A stretch of DNA of 62,204 nucleotides, counting the filler, from Rhabdomonas costata (Eukaryota): the NCBI GenBank assembly GCA_019059605.1. It is 34 parts of 34 records of this genome, joined end to end, with 100 filler letters (N's around TTAATTAATTAA, not from the genome) between each part and the next. Parts side by side here need not be neighbours in the genome. Positions count along the whole stretch, not along the records: positions 38,495 to 40,225 come from JAHMHO010009913.1; positions 40,326 to 42,057 come from JAHMHO010009914.1; positions 42,158 to 43,889 come from JAHMHO010009915.1; positions 43,990 to 45,717 come from JAHMHO010009916.1; positions 45,818 to 47,549 come from JAHMHO010009917.1; positions 47,650 to 49,381 come from JAHMHO010009918.1; positions 49,482 to 51,213 come from JAHMHO010009919.1; positions 51,314 to 53,045 come from JAHMHO010009920.1; 26 more parts are not named here. The stretch is one strand, 5' to 3'. Positions 39,535 through 51,746 of the stretch are shown piece after piece. How positions within the stretch are numbered: the stretch's first letter is position 1; each line of letters opens with the position of its first letter. Below the pieces are notes generated by a model. That model saw only the letters and a list, made by a program, of their open reading frames with translations. It was not told where the DNA came from and did not search any database. The position numbers and the translations under genes were made by a program.

Positions 39535-40504
39535 GTTTGTGGGCGGGGGGACTTTGACGGGTCCGAGGGTCGACGTCCAATTCGTCGACATAGCATGTAA
39601 CACGACCTTTGTACCGAGAATTTACCTCTGATAAATAGGCCAGCTAAGGCTTCAGAGCTTTAAGCTTTGAACCCCGTTGTACGTATGTATCGTCGTAGGC
39701 GTATCTCCCCTTGCATTTTGACAACTTCATGCACGAGACGCTGGTTCAGCATGCTTAATGATCGGAATGTGGCACAGCGGGAAAGTGATAAAGTTTTTGG
39801 CGTGTGAAAGAAGTGGACGGTGAGTTGATGTGATGAGCCTCCCTCCAGAAGACGATCCCGCATCATCATCAGTTATCCAATCCGTCCTGCCGCCGCACAG
39901 GCCCCCCACTCCGAATTATATCTGTCCCGGTGGTACGGGCAAAGCAAAAACGTTAAACGGTGCTCAGCCATTATCGCCGTTGAACTTTTACCAGCGTTCA
40001 ACATTGACTAACTCTCTGGAAAAACATAATGCCTCCTGTCACGGCTCCCCACCCTACCCCGTTGACGTCGGACTTCTCCTTAATTTACCTGATGCTCCCT
40101 GATGATATTTGGTGGGTGGGGCTAAGGACCCTTGGGAAAGAGGGGAGGAGCGACCGCGGGTTCCATTACCGTTACCGTTCCTAACCGTTACCAGTAGTTA
40201 TCATTCCCGCCCCCCACCCAACACANNNNNNNNNNNNNNNNNNNNNNNNNNNNNNNNNNNNNNNNNNNNTTAATTAATTAANNNNNNNNNNNNNNNNNNN
40301 NNNNNNNNNNNNNNNNNNNNNNNNNGGGTGTTTTTTCGAGGGCTCCAGCCGAAGCAGTTCTTATTTGGTTTTTAGCAAGTGCATGCTTTGGTCGAATCAC
40401 TATTCTGTGGATTTCTTCCATGTTTGGTTTGTTATTTTTGTAATTGTGCTTTTTGTTTCTCTCTCTCTCTCCCTCTCGCTCTCTCTCTCTCTGCTTTTTC
40501 TCAG

Positions 40505-41884
40505 ATTAGTAACTTCCAGTCGCGCATGGGTCAGTCTTGCCACAACCGTGAAACACTTTCGTTGGGCGCTGGTACTGGCACGGTCGCTGCGCGAGGCGGG
40601 AAGCCACGCCGATTTTGTACTGCTTGTCGGTGGCAACCTGCGTCGTCGTGGCCTCTCCAGTTCTAGCCCGATACTGAACTTCCTGAATGTATGTTTGCTT
40701 TTTTCCCGCCCTTTTTGTGCGCGGGCACTTGTATATTTTCACAACGATTGGTGTGTTTTGACGGTTGCGTTTCCTGACCTTCATCACGCTTTCATTAAGA
40801 TTTGTTCATCCATCATCGCCCTTTAAAATATCGGCTTGCAATACTTTGCACTAGGTGGTTACTGCACGTATGCAGGTCGCTTCAATGCCTTATAATGTCC
40901 TCTCCTTATTGTCTTTCCTTATTGTGGGTGGATCTGCTTGGTGCCCAAGGGTTAAAGCGTCGTGAACTTGTACAATGACGCTGGCACGAAACTCCTCATC
41001 GGCAACTCCAAATGTTGTTGACCTGTGATTAGTCGAGGTTCTTTTGCCTCATTGTCGGACCAGGCTTTCGGATGTGAAAACGAGTCTGTCTTCTTGCTTA
41101 ATACCGCCTGAGGACGCTTGCGTTCGTCACGGGGCCCGTCGCGCTCTCGCTTATCTCTGATATTTGCTTGGGCTTTGATTCCTGGCAGGTGAAAACCAAG
41201 CCTGTGGCGATGCCTTTCCGCCAGTCGGACTTCCGGGCACCCCATCTGAAGTTCTTGCAACGGGAGTGTCTCATCTTCTTTTTGAAGCTACGAGCCTGGG
41301 AGCTCACACAATACGAGCAGCTTGTCTACTTGGTGTGCTTCTGTGTTCTGTTGAAGCACTGTTGGTAACGCTTTTACCCTTGAGCTGACCCAATATGAAA
41401 CAAGACGAACGAACGCGAACGCGAATAGTGCACGTCTATTTCTGTGGTGTCTTTCACCTCTTGCTGTTTGCTTTGTTGTTTTCTCCTTCCGCCTTGATGT
41501 CGTTGGCACCACAAACAATTTTCAAGAACAGGTTCTCAACGCAGATTATGGGTATTTGCCGAAACGCCGTTGGCGCCAGAAGGCGTTTCGAAATGTCTGT
41601 GTCCACATTCAGTTGATTTCTGTTGCCGGATTCGTTTGAATTCGCACATACATCTGCCGTTGTGCTTTATATGCTGTCATTTGCCCAGGACGCGGACATG
41701 CTGGCGTATTCAAATGTGGACAACCTGCTTTTCGAGAGGGAGGGCGCGCACTGCGAGGGTCCCACAGAGAAATTCCAGGGGGGAATGTTCACACTGCGAC
41801 CTTCCGTTCTTGGGTTTGCTGTGCTGACTGAGATGGTGAGGTCCGGGAAGTACTATAACAACACGGGCTGGGCAAACGCGACTG
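40505..41884 (+). CDS. Glycosyltransferase family 8, glycogenin-like (exons 40505-40629, probable 40855-40867 and 41064-41121, 41189-41332, 41689-41884)
   Basis: AWVSLATTVKHFRWALVLARSLREAGSHADFVLLV; FLKLRAWELTQYEQLVYL|DADML (DxD motif across a phase-0 intron); NVDNLL; FQGGMFTLRPS. Confidence 0.88.
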
Positions 41885-42246
41885 GTATTGCATAATTTAA
41901 TAAGGCCAAATCTGCTCTGGGTGCACATTTTTTATTGCACATATCCCACATTCTCTTTCGACCTGCGACCTGTGGAGCAACGGGCTCTGGATTCACTTTT
42001 ACATGAGTGCCTCGGATTGAATGCTCACGTCAGGTCCAGGGTTTTCCCAAACCAACCNNNNNNNNNNNNNNNNNNNNNNNNNNNNNNNNNNNNNNNNNNN
42101 NTTAATTAATTAANNNNNNNNNNNNNNNNNNNNNNNNNNNNNNNNNNNNNNNNNNNNGGGTGGTGTGCTGCTGCTAAGGCGCAATTTTCCCTACTAGCAA
42201 GTTTGTGTGCGTGTGTGCGTGCGCGCGTGCAGCCCTATTAACTTAC

Positions 42247-43872
42247 ATTGATTGGTAAGACCACGGTGGCCCACGTCGTGGAGTAGGCATGTCACCAGCA
42301 GCGCCAGCTCCTCCACCTCCGAGAAGATCTTTGCCGGGCGCAGAGTAGCCAGGTACACCGCCATCATCTGCGTCACGTCACAAGCGTGGTAGAAGTTGTG
42401 GTACGGGTTGTCAGCATACAGCCCTTTGAGCCTCCGCAGGAACCGCAGAAGGATACTGAGGTCCAGCTGCAGCCGGAAGACCAGCCCAAGCTCGGTGAAA
42501 AGCTCCGCCACCACCAGCATGATCCGGTCCCTCTCCTGCTCCGTGGGACACTCCTTGTATCTGATACCAAATCCCGCCACCTCGATCTCTCTTCTATCCC
42601 GGTACATCAATCTAAGTTTTTTCCATCACATTAAATCCTCTCTGGTGTTGACATGTTTACAACGTCTAATCAGCGAAACGTGGTCGGAAAAAAGTGTCTT
42701 TTAAATACGCCGTTCAATATGCATTGATGGGGACCACAGAAACCAAAGAGAATATAAAGCAATAAACCGCTAATGTCAAGAAACTTCACAAAGCTTCTCG
42801 CAACTTTTCGGTGTCCATCTTTTTCAGTCTCCCCTCGACCCATCATCTTTTTCACCATCGCTATCACCCTGTCCCAAAATGCAACGCACGCACACTTCAG
42901 TGTCTCGAATTCCACGGTTTTCGCCAGGGCCTTCTCTTCTGCGCTAAGAGAGGGGCCCATCTTCAGCTCCATCAGTCTGGGGGAAGGCTCTCTGCTGAGC
43001 GGCTGGTGAGGCGGTGGTGGGGTAGTCCCCTCGGGAGGGACCAGAAATCCCTGCCCCGGCGCCGGAAGACAGATTGGGGGAATCGTCCTGCGAACGGTGG
43101 CAGTGGAAGGGAAGCGGAGTTAGGGGGACATTTCTTCAAACAAATTATGAATGCGTTATGCTGAAGGGAACACAAGAAATGGGTTCGCATCGTTTGGAAA
43201 GTTACGAATGGCGTTAATAACCTCTGCGATTTGATGAACGCGCACTTCGGCTTGCAGCTGAGTACTGCACAATGAAAACAAACTTTTTCAGCATTACAGC
43301 AAAAGTCTAAAACAGCATCAACATCATAGGGCACGGGATGCGAACCCGCGATGGTTCAGCATACAAAGGCAGACAGTGGCGCAGACACAGAATCACAGCC
43401 AAAGGAAGATAAAAGCATAATGCTCCTTAAATGGAGTATTCCTTCCGCAATCGTCTTCGCAATTCCACACGATTCCACACGATTCCACTTCTTCTGCGAA
43501 GGCCTCAAACCGCAAAAAGTAACATTGTCAGTGAAACAACCTGAAGCAAAGTATCCACATGCATGAGTGGTTTCTGTTTCTTGGTCCACGCGCAAAAAAA
43601 TATCTAATTACACAACATTCATGACACGACAACCCCAACACTTGCCCATAACACCTTCAAACCGTCGCATACCATTTTCTGAGGTTGCTGTGCAACTTAT
43701 CTCACCAATGTTTACCAATTTATTATGAATCGAAGCAATACCGAGAGAGAGAGAGAGAAAGAGAGAGGAAAGAAGGGCACTGGACCTCTGGTGCTGCTGC
43801 CCGGAGCTTGGACTGCGGGGTGCAGGTGGCGGCCGAGGGGAGAGGCCGTGCAGGCTGGGGCTGTGAGTGTTG
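42247..43872 (-). CDS. Class I 3',5'-cyclic nucleotide phosphodiesterase (exons ~43872-43786, 43002-42896, 42611-42247)
   Basis: NPYHNFYHACDVTQ and LLVTCLLHDVGHRGLTNQ are the PDEase_I metal-binding signatures. Upstream exons splice in frame at GT-AG. Confidence 0.93.
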
Positions 43873-43989
43873 CTGGAGGACAAACAAAANNNNNNNNNNN
43901 NNNNNNNNNNNNNNNNNNNNNNNNNNNNNNNNNTTAATTAATTAANNNNNNNNNNNNNNNNNNNNNNNNNNNNNNNNNNNNNNNNNNNN

Positions 43990-44530
43990 TCCGCTGACAT
44001 CTGGTCCCAACCATGCATCCGACGCGGCCATCAAACGCTGGCACAATGTCTCGCAAGCGGTCCGGGGCATGGCCGTGCAGTTCCCCCCCCAAGCACTGGA
44101 AATTCTCAATGCCCGCCTTGGTCCCTGTCGGATTCAGCACATCGCACGGGCAATACCAAGCGATGAGTGGCCGGAATCAACGATAACACTGATGCTGGAC
44201 GAGGGCATGGACACGCTCCAGACCATCATCGGGCTTCCGCGCACCCCCGCAGCACGCCTGCAGGCCAGCCTCGGCAGAAAATACGGCGGACATGGCATCA
44301 GGGTAACGTTGTCCACCGCAAGCGTCGCGATGCTCATAAGCGATGGATACCCCCGCTGGCAGCATCAGAATAACCCAATCATGCTAAAAGCGAAAGTTGT
44401 TAGAGCCGCGCGATTCTATACGCAGCAGTGCGGGAAAATAAAGCCGTCCGTTCCAGAACCCAAGCCTCACCTTAAGCACGTCTTGACTTTGGCTTTGGGG
44501 AAAGACACCAAGGAACTCCTGTTGTCTCCG
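43990..44530 (+). mobile_element. Non-LTR retrotransposon fragment (CRE-like, region downstream of the RT core)
   Basis: PQALEILNARLGPCRIQHIARAIP...LQTIIGLP...RLQASLGRKYGGHGIR...ASVAMLIS matches the 'QA.LP...GG.G.R.....A...S' thumb motif. Confidence 0.7.
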
Positions 44531-44539
44531 CCAGCAGAC

Positions 44540-45480
44540 ACAGTGTGCTCAAAGAAATGCGGGCCATCTTGACGAAAACATCTTGGCAAAGAAGGAACCG
44601 CGCATCCCGCAGCTTCCTGAACTAGTACCCGCACGTGCCCAAAGGCCCACACGCTTTGGACGGCACGGTCTGGTCACGGCACAGCGGGGCCCTAGATTCT
44701 TGGGACGATGCAAACCAGCACAAGGATAAGGCAAAGCCGACCGGTACTACGCCCTGGAAAAGTGGGCGGACGCCGTCTACGAGCACTGCAGGAGGAATTG
44801 GGCCGAGAAGCTGCAAAGCCCTGGCTTTGTTCCGGAGAACCCATCTGGGTACCCGCACCTTCGCCGCGTGATCTAGGAGGCACACAAGACTTTAGTCTTC
44901 CTCCTCGATGATCGTGAGCTTCACGGTTTCTTCGTGGTGTGCAAGCGGTGGTACCAGAGGGAGATGGCAAAATACCTCGCTGACAACAACGTCTTTGATC
45001 CAGTCAGCATGACTTGGGAAGATGTTGTGAAGGAGGCTAAAGAGTTTAATGAGCAAGGTGAATTTACCACGGGAACCCGAATTGTATACACTTACAGCAT
45101 CTGGATGCCCACCAAGGGCAAGTTTCCGGTTCATCACCGGCACAAGGTCAATGTCTGGCTCTCCTAGACAACACCTTTGTGAGTCCCACAAGGCCCTCCA
45201 AGATCCTCGAGTACGTTCAGGACGCCCTGCGTGAGGAGAATAAAATCCGCCAGTCGGAGGAGGTAATCAAAGCGTTTTTGGGCATCGACAGCGTAAATGC
45301 CTTCACCTGGATGGTCCGAGCCAACGCAGACGTTGTGCTCGATAACTGGCAAGAGACGGTGGATTTTTGCACCATGTACACCTCCTTCCCGTTACGGCCG
45401 ATGATCGACAGGACCATTGAATTTGTAAATGGTGATTGGGACTTCGTCACCCAGCGGGACTCTGGTATTACGCTCCCCTT
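44540..45480 (+). mobile_element. Degenerate Penelope-like element (PLE) reverse transcriptase, N-terminal half
   Basis: KGP-like motif (~44640), KTLVFLLDDRELHGFFVVCKRWYQREMAKYL, YTYSIWMPTKGKF/RFITG, and motif A ETVDFCTMYTSFP (PLE-type D...LYT.IP). Stops and frameshifts present. Confidence 0.72.
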
Positions 45481-47392
45481 GAATTGTGAATTGACTTTCC
45501 GCCGGCAAAAGCCCGTTTCTCAATGTCTTTGGGGTCCCGCTCTCCACACACTTCCATACAACACACACACCGAGCGCCACGGGAGCCCATACATACAGCA
45601 AAAGCAGCAGCCCCAGCCTCGGCCGCGGTCCTTTCAGCCCAACCACACCAGCCCGAACCCCAGAGACCTGGAGAACCACATATGCAGGTGGATTCGGAAA
45701 CGGAAGCTGACCAGGAANNNNNNNNNNNNNNNNNNNNNNNNNNNNNNNNNNNNNNNNNNNNTTAATTAATTAANNNNNNNNNNNNNNNNNNNNNNNNNNN
45801 NNNNNNNNNNNNNNNNNTTTTTTGGGTTCAGATAAATGGTAGGCATGGAGACACGCAAAATTAGAAACTTTCTTTCTTTCGTTAGCATCACGAGATGACC
45901 TACAGTGTTACGTGGATCCTAAATGTAATTTTTGATGCAAGTGCAGGTTTGTTTTGGAGAGGAAGTGCTCCTCTGATAAGGATATTTTCACAGAATCCAA
46001 TGCACGACCTCAAGATGAGCAAATGTCTGTTATGCGCTCCTTACACCCGTCAGTGAAGGTGTATGGTGGACCAGAGATCAGCACTTTGATGTTTAAGTAA
46101 ATTTCAGTCTGCTCTTTATTTTTCTGATTGCATTCTAGAGAGCAATACAGAGCCTTAAAGTCCCCAAAAAATACCCCTAGTCCAGGCAACAGTCCAGGTT
46201 CATCTCAAACACAAATTCTACAGCATGGAAACTAACCTGCGCAAAATTAAGAAGAAGAGAAGTGGCCCACATGGATCCACAAGCTGGAGATGAGTGAAGA
46301 GGATTAAAGAGAAACACGGTTAAGAAAAAATTGAGATATTGTATAAAAACGCGCAAGATTAGTGATAGAAAGCATGAGAGTGAGCACAAATTTCTTAAAA
46401 CAGCACTTTACGACTTGAGATGTTAACGCATTACAAAATCACTACTAAGCAACAACAAAGGCCAAATATATCAGCGGTGCCGGCGCACTTTTCTGATTGC
46501 AATTAATGGTCCAACACATCACAGGACTTCGGTACAGGCTTGTGGCGCACAACTCCTGTAAAGCGCGTCGCGCGCTGCATGGAATAAACGTGGTATTTGC
46601 CAAGAAACATGCTGTATTTCACTCAGACTCCTTGCGCTACGTGTGGCTGGTTTCACAGCGACTCACAATTTTCCTTGGTGCCCTGGATGTTGTGGTTCTT
46701 TCTCCTCGTTTTTGGTTGGTGGGGCTACTTCGGCACTGGCGCGCAAGCGTCAACCACAAAACACAATTCTCTTGTCGAAATTCCGGCGTTCTGACAAACA
46801 ATCGTCCTGGGTGATGTGCTTTTAACTGCTTGATGCCTGCGATGTGTTCGAAGCGTCTTCCAAACTGAAAAAATGCGCGCTTCTTTTTGAGCTGTCGTGG
46901 TGCCCTTTGATCATTTATATGATTCCCTTGTTCAAGGCGTTTGCACAGAAGCAAAAGAACCAAGCAACTAGCCAAACAGTGCAAATAAAAGGTTCAGCAC
47001 ACCCAACGCCGCACGAATTACGACACACAGTTGCGGATAGGACGTCTGGGTGCTTCCGTACCTGGACCCTTAGGGAATCGAGTCTCGGAGGGACCCACCA
47101 ATCCCGCGGCCCTCATGCCGCGGGATTGGTGGGCACACACTGTGCCTACATACTGCCTCGCCTGATCCGGTCCCTGAGAAACACCACTGTGCAACCCCAT
47201 ATATTATGCCGATTGATAGCTTGTTCGATCTTGGAATACACAGTTTCCTGGCACAGCGCCCCGGGGATCCACCAAATGGCCATACCTTGCCAAACCTGCC
47301 CAGCCACACACTCGCACCTTCGTACACACCACTGGACCCTGAAGGACAGATAATACCCGGGGCAACTTTGCGGCGCACTCGACCCACCAACA

Positions 47393-47456
47393 TCGCCTCA
47401 ACACAACAAGCCCTCATCCTACGCACAACAACAACAGTAACGGTAACGCTAAGCAC
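47393..47456. repeat. Interspersed repeat, copy A (63/64 identical to 52939-53002)
   Basis: tcgcctcaacacaacaagcc[c/a]tcatcctacgcacaacaacaacagtaacggtaacgctaagcac present in two different contigs. Confidence 0.92.
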
Positions 47457-49046
47457 AAACACCAACAGTAGCACTAACCCTACGCACAAAACCACTAACA
47501 GTAACGTAACGCGTAACACCTATCTAGCAGATTCCGCCCACCCAACCACNNNNNNNNNNNNNNNNNNNNNNNNNNNNNNNNNNNNNNNNNNNNTTAATTA
47601 ATTAANNNNNNNNNNNNNNNNNNNNNNNNNNNNNNNNNNNNNNNNNNNNGCCTTTTGTCGGTTTCGCTTTTCGAACGTTTCGAAAACGTGGCAATGTGTC
47701 CTCCTCATTTGCAGAAAGTGTTGGGGAGAAACTATGGTCTCTGGTCTCTTTTGCAGAATCTGTTTGTGCATTAAGTTCTGGTATTGAACGTTGCCCAGCG
47801 AGCTATGCCCGATAAGAAAGAAGCCCATAAAGAAGAGGCGCGCATAAAGACAGCAACTGACTTGCACGTAAGCAGCGGGCTGTTGTTTTCAGCAGACGTC
47901 AGGAAGGCTTTCGACCTTGAAGAAAACCATTTCATCAAGTATCACAAACTGAACCTTCCTATTGTAAGGCCATTATTGACCGGACTGCTTCCGGCACAGG
48001 CCAGTGCTCGGTCCCGGATTCAGCGGCCCATCTTCTGTGTTATACAGACGAAAATGCGCAGATCTGCTTGATTGAGAAGTTCACTAATACTCATGCATCG
48101 TGCCAGGAGTTCAACTTGAGGCCACCACTTGGAAACACCGCCCATCCCAGCAATCCGCCTTGCTTTCCCTTGATCCAAGAATCCGCGCTGAAAAGGTGAA
48201 AAGGAGTCCTCACACGGATTGTCGGGCTGTGACCGTTACTAAAGTTGCTGCTGCTCAGCCCTTCAGAAGTTCATGACTACCTTAACGGTCGAGCTTTCCT
48301 GCTTGGCCAGGAGTGTAACAGACCACCAACAAGCACACAACTCTTAAGGATCCATAGCTCATTCTGTCTTGGCATTATCGCGCTTTACAACCAAGGAGGG
48401 TCCGCAGGATTTTCTCATTTTTCCCTCCCTCGCTGCTCCAAAGGAACTTATTTCGAGGTCACCTCAGAGCAAACCCAGAAAACGGGATCCCCCTCCCCCA
48501 TTGTCACGAACTTTGTAGCCGGATATGGAAGCAAGGGGAATGGGCCGTTGAGGGCGATGCAGCTTCTAAATCAAAAATAACCGTCTGTGAAGCCCGCGCA
48601 AGATAAACCATCACATATTGTGTTGTCTCACATCGCCTGTCAACAGCAAACCTCAAAGGCAAGGTTACGAAGCAGTAGGTTACGAAGCAGTTCTACGGAG
48701 GAGCAAGGGAGAGGGGGAGGGGAGAGGGCCATTGACAACCTCTCTCTCGCACTGGCCCATTCTTCACACAGTAATAAAGTAGAAATACAGGGAAAGTGGG
48801 GGAAAATCAAGAAGGCAAGCCCGCTCTTCTCTGGGGCCATACGGATGAGTACGGGAAACGGGACGCCAATGGAGGTGGTCCAAAGGTGCCTCCACCAAAA
48901 AAACACTCAGCATGAGCCGCAGGTCCGTGCCAAGAGGCCCGTCTTTCCCTATATACGTACATCAACCTTCAACCCTGGGGGCCACTCGACTTCTTGCGTT
49001 CGCTTGCCCTCTGCCTTCTCCCCCTCGATCCGCATCCCTTCCCATT

Positions 49047-49271
49047 CTATGCATCGCTGTCCGTCATTTCGTCCTCCACAGGCTCTGGCTGTGGCTCGGG
49101 ATCAGCCTCCGGTCTCGGCTCGGGCTGACCTTCCTCCGAGCGTAGGCTGCCCTTGATGTCCTGCACCATGCGATAAAGATAGTCCCGCACAGTCTCCACG
49201 TTGTCCGGGTCACAGCGGCCGTTGTCCACGTCGTCCTCAAACTGATCGATGTAGGGTACCCCTTCAACTTC
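49047..49271 (-). CDS. Terminal exon of an unknown acidic protein (EVEGVPYIDQFEDDVDNGRCDPDNVETVRDYLYRMVQDIKG...DSDA*)
   Basis: AG acceptor, GC3-rich codons, acidic Pro/Glu tail, TAG stop. Confidence 0.65.
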   Translation of the reverse strand, partial: EVEGVPYIDQFEDDVDNGRCDPDNVETVRDYLYRMVQDIKGSLRSEEGQPEPRPEADPEPQPEPVEDEMTDSDA

Positions 49272-51500
49272 CTTGGGTGGTGTGCATAAGTCGAAGGGTG
49301 GGAGAGGGCAGAGGCACCGAGGGTTGTTATTAGGTAATTAAGACAAACTCAAAATAAAACGTATCCTAAAAAAATCATTGTNNNNNNNNNNNNNNNNNNN
49401 NNNNNNNNNNNNNNNNNNNNNNNNNTTAATTAATTAANNNNNNNNNNNNNNNNNNNNNNNNNNNNNNNNNNNNNNNNNNNNTGTGGTTGGAAAGAGATCA
49501 TTGATCAGGCCCATCAAGTGATCTCTTTCCAAGCCATCCAAGCACCTTCGTCGAGGACACAAAGACACCAGTTCCGGTAAAATAGAAGTTACCAGGAAAA
49601 GCAAGGTTTTTGTTGGTCACAGGCGAGGGGACAGAAGAAAAGGTTGATGGAAGGAAAGCCTAAGCACAGCGTTCAGTTGAAAAACCCAGCAACCCTTCCA
49701 ATATATAAGGTACTGAATGGAAGCGCCATTGTAATAAGAAAGCGCAGCTGATGTACAGAGTTTAAGGCAGCCATGATGAACCAAGTACAGCGGGACCAGA
49801 GAACTACAATGCGTCATCCTGATTGGAGACTGGTTGCGATGGGTTGCTGCATGTCTCGCAACAGATACACACATCCTACTTCTTCAGGAAAGAACTCACT
49901 TCCGTTGGAACTGCAAAACAAACACCAAACAAATCGCCCCCTTCAAAGCATCCACTTGTCATACACAAGCAGCACAAGCAGCCATGCATCCGCAGACTCA
50001 CATCAGACGTGACAAAAGCTCTCGCATGAGCCACAGGGGAAGAAAAAAAGGCCCTTTCAGCAAGGGCGCCAGTAAACACGAAAAAAGTAGTTCGAGGAAC
50101 ACGAGCCCAGTGAGGCAGTCGAGCTCACTCTCGAACAGCCCAAAAAACAAACACAGAACTTTGATCAGTGCAATGATCAAGGTGGTTTGTGTCCGTCTCA
50201 AAGACGCCGTTCCACAAATACCTGGGCCCAAGAGCTGGGCCCTTGAGTTCTGGAAGATTGGATGAAGCTCAGACACTCGACGTCAGTTGGGACGGGGTGG
50301 GTCTGTATTGCAGTGCAAAGGCACCCACTTTCACCCCCCAAACCTCCGGCATACCCCCCCCCCTACTTAGCGTATGCTGAAATGGCCTTACACGCATCGA
50401 AACAGGCGGGTAAGTAGGACCCTCGACCCGCCCATGCACATGAAAAAAGGGGGAAACGCAGAACCGGCAGAAAGCACAGAATTTCCTGCCAGAAACGTGC
50501 CGAGGTTGCGGCGATGGCACTCTATCGCCTTGGCGTGGGTTGGAAGACAATCCTCGGCGCAAAAACGAAAAAGGAGACGAAACGAAAAAAAAAACAGTCA
50601 CAACCGCAGCCTCAACTGAAAGGGAAGGGAAGGGGATGGGTCAGCGCACACCACTTCGATGGGGAGCCTAGTAAGCCTCCAAAGAGGGATGGACTGGCAG
50701 ATACTGAAACAATACAGAGCGTGAGTGAGGTTTGCGCGTGATCCTGTTGCACGTTTCTAACATATACAGTTGCGGGGCAGGGGGGGGTCATGACGATGAG
50801 GACGATGGGTCCAGATGCCAAAGCAAATCCAGGGAGAGGCTTCCCTCAGGCCCACTGAGATCGCATACAGCCAGAAAGCACCAATCCAAACCCCTGCCGT
50901 TCCTCGTCCAGAAATCCTACTTCACAAAAAAGAAAGGAAAAACCCTCCCTGACGCATCACACTTATCAAGAAGTGAGTCGCAGGGTCGGAAAATGTGGAA
51001 GATGGGGTCGAAGGGAGCGATTATGTACACACGCCGCTGAGGCACAACAAGAGGGGACCACTTACAGCCGCGGACCCACACTCTCTTTCTCTCCATTGCC
51101 TCACTTTTGCGCTCCGATTAAACCCAGGCAACCCCACCACGAGTTCACCACCCCACCGGGCGGACGCCCACAGCGGCACCTGGACCCCCACACACCTACA
51201 CCCCAAACAACAANNNNNNNNNNNNNNNNNNNNNNNNNNNNNNNNNNNNNNNNNNNNTTAATTAATTAANNNNNNNNNNNNNNNNNNNNNNNNNNNNNNN
51301 NNNNNNNNNNNNNGGGTTGGGGGGACTTTTATCCACGTTTGTTCAGGTTTAAACATGCTTGGCTGCGGTGGTTCAATAGTCTGCTTGCGGTGAAGCGTGC
51401 TCTTTGTTTTTTTTGTGAGAAGGGAAGGAACAAGACCTTTTCACATTACTCACGTTTGATTTCTATTAATCTCCAACCCTCTCAAAGCAACCGCGGATAC

Positions 51501-51746
51501 CTTGAGATGGGCGGATTGTTTGGCCGTTGTAAGCACACAAGCGAGGATTTCCGAGGCCCCGACCTCGGAGGAAGTCAAAGGAGCCGCGGGGGGGATGTAT
51601 CGGCGTAGGGCGGTGGTGGAGTCCAGCGAGTCCTCGGGCCACCGCCGCGCGCACCCCATCAGGAACCCCAACAGCAGTGCGGAGACCAGCACCACAAGCT
51701 GGACGCTGGCGAGGAGGACCGTCATGGTGGGCCAGCGGTGGCGCAT
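51501..51746 (-). CDS. First exon of a type II membrane protein, possibly a Golgi glycosyltransferase (GT31/fringe-like)
   Basis: Short basic N-terminus MRHRWPT, hydrophobic anchor VLLASVQLVVLVSALLLGFLMG, stem, then ILACVLTT; strong AAG|GTAT donor. Family call is weak. Confidence 0.55.

Noticed and set aside
47784..48071. L1-like RT remnant (SGLLFSADVRKAFD)
   Set aside because: Only one short motif; no ordered QG or YADD motifs found downstream.
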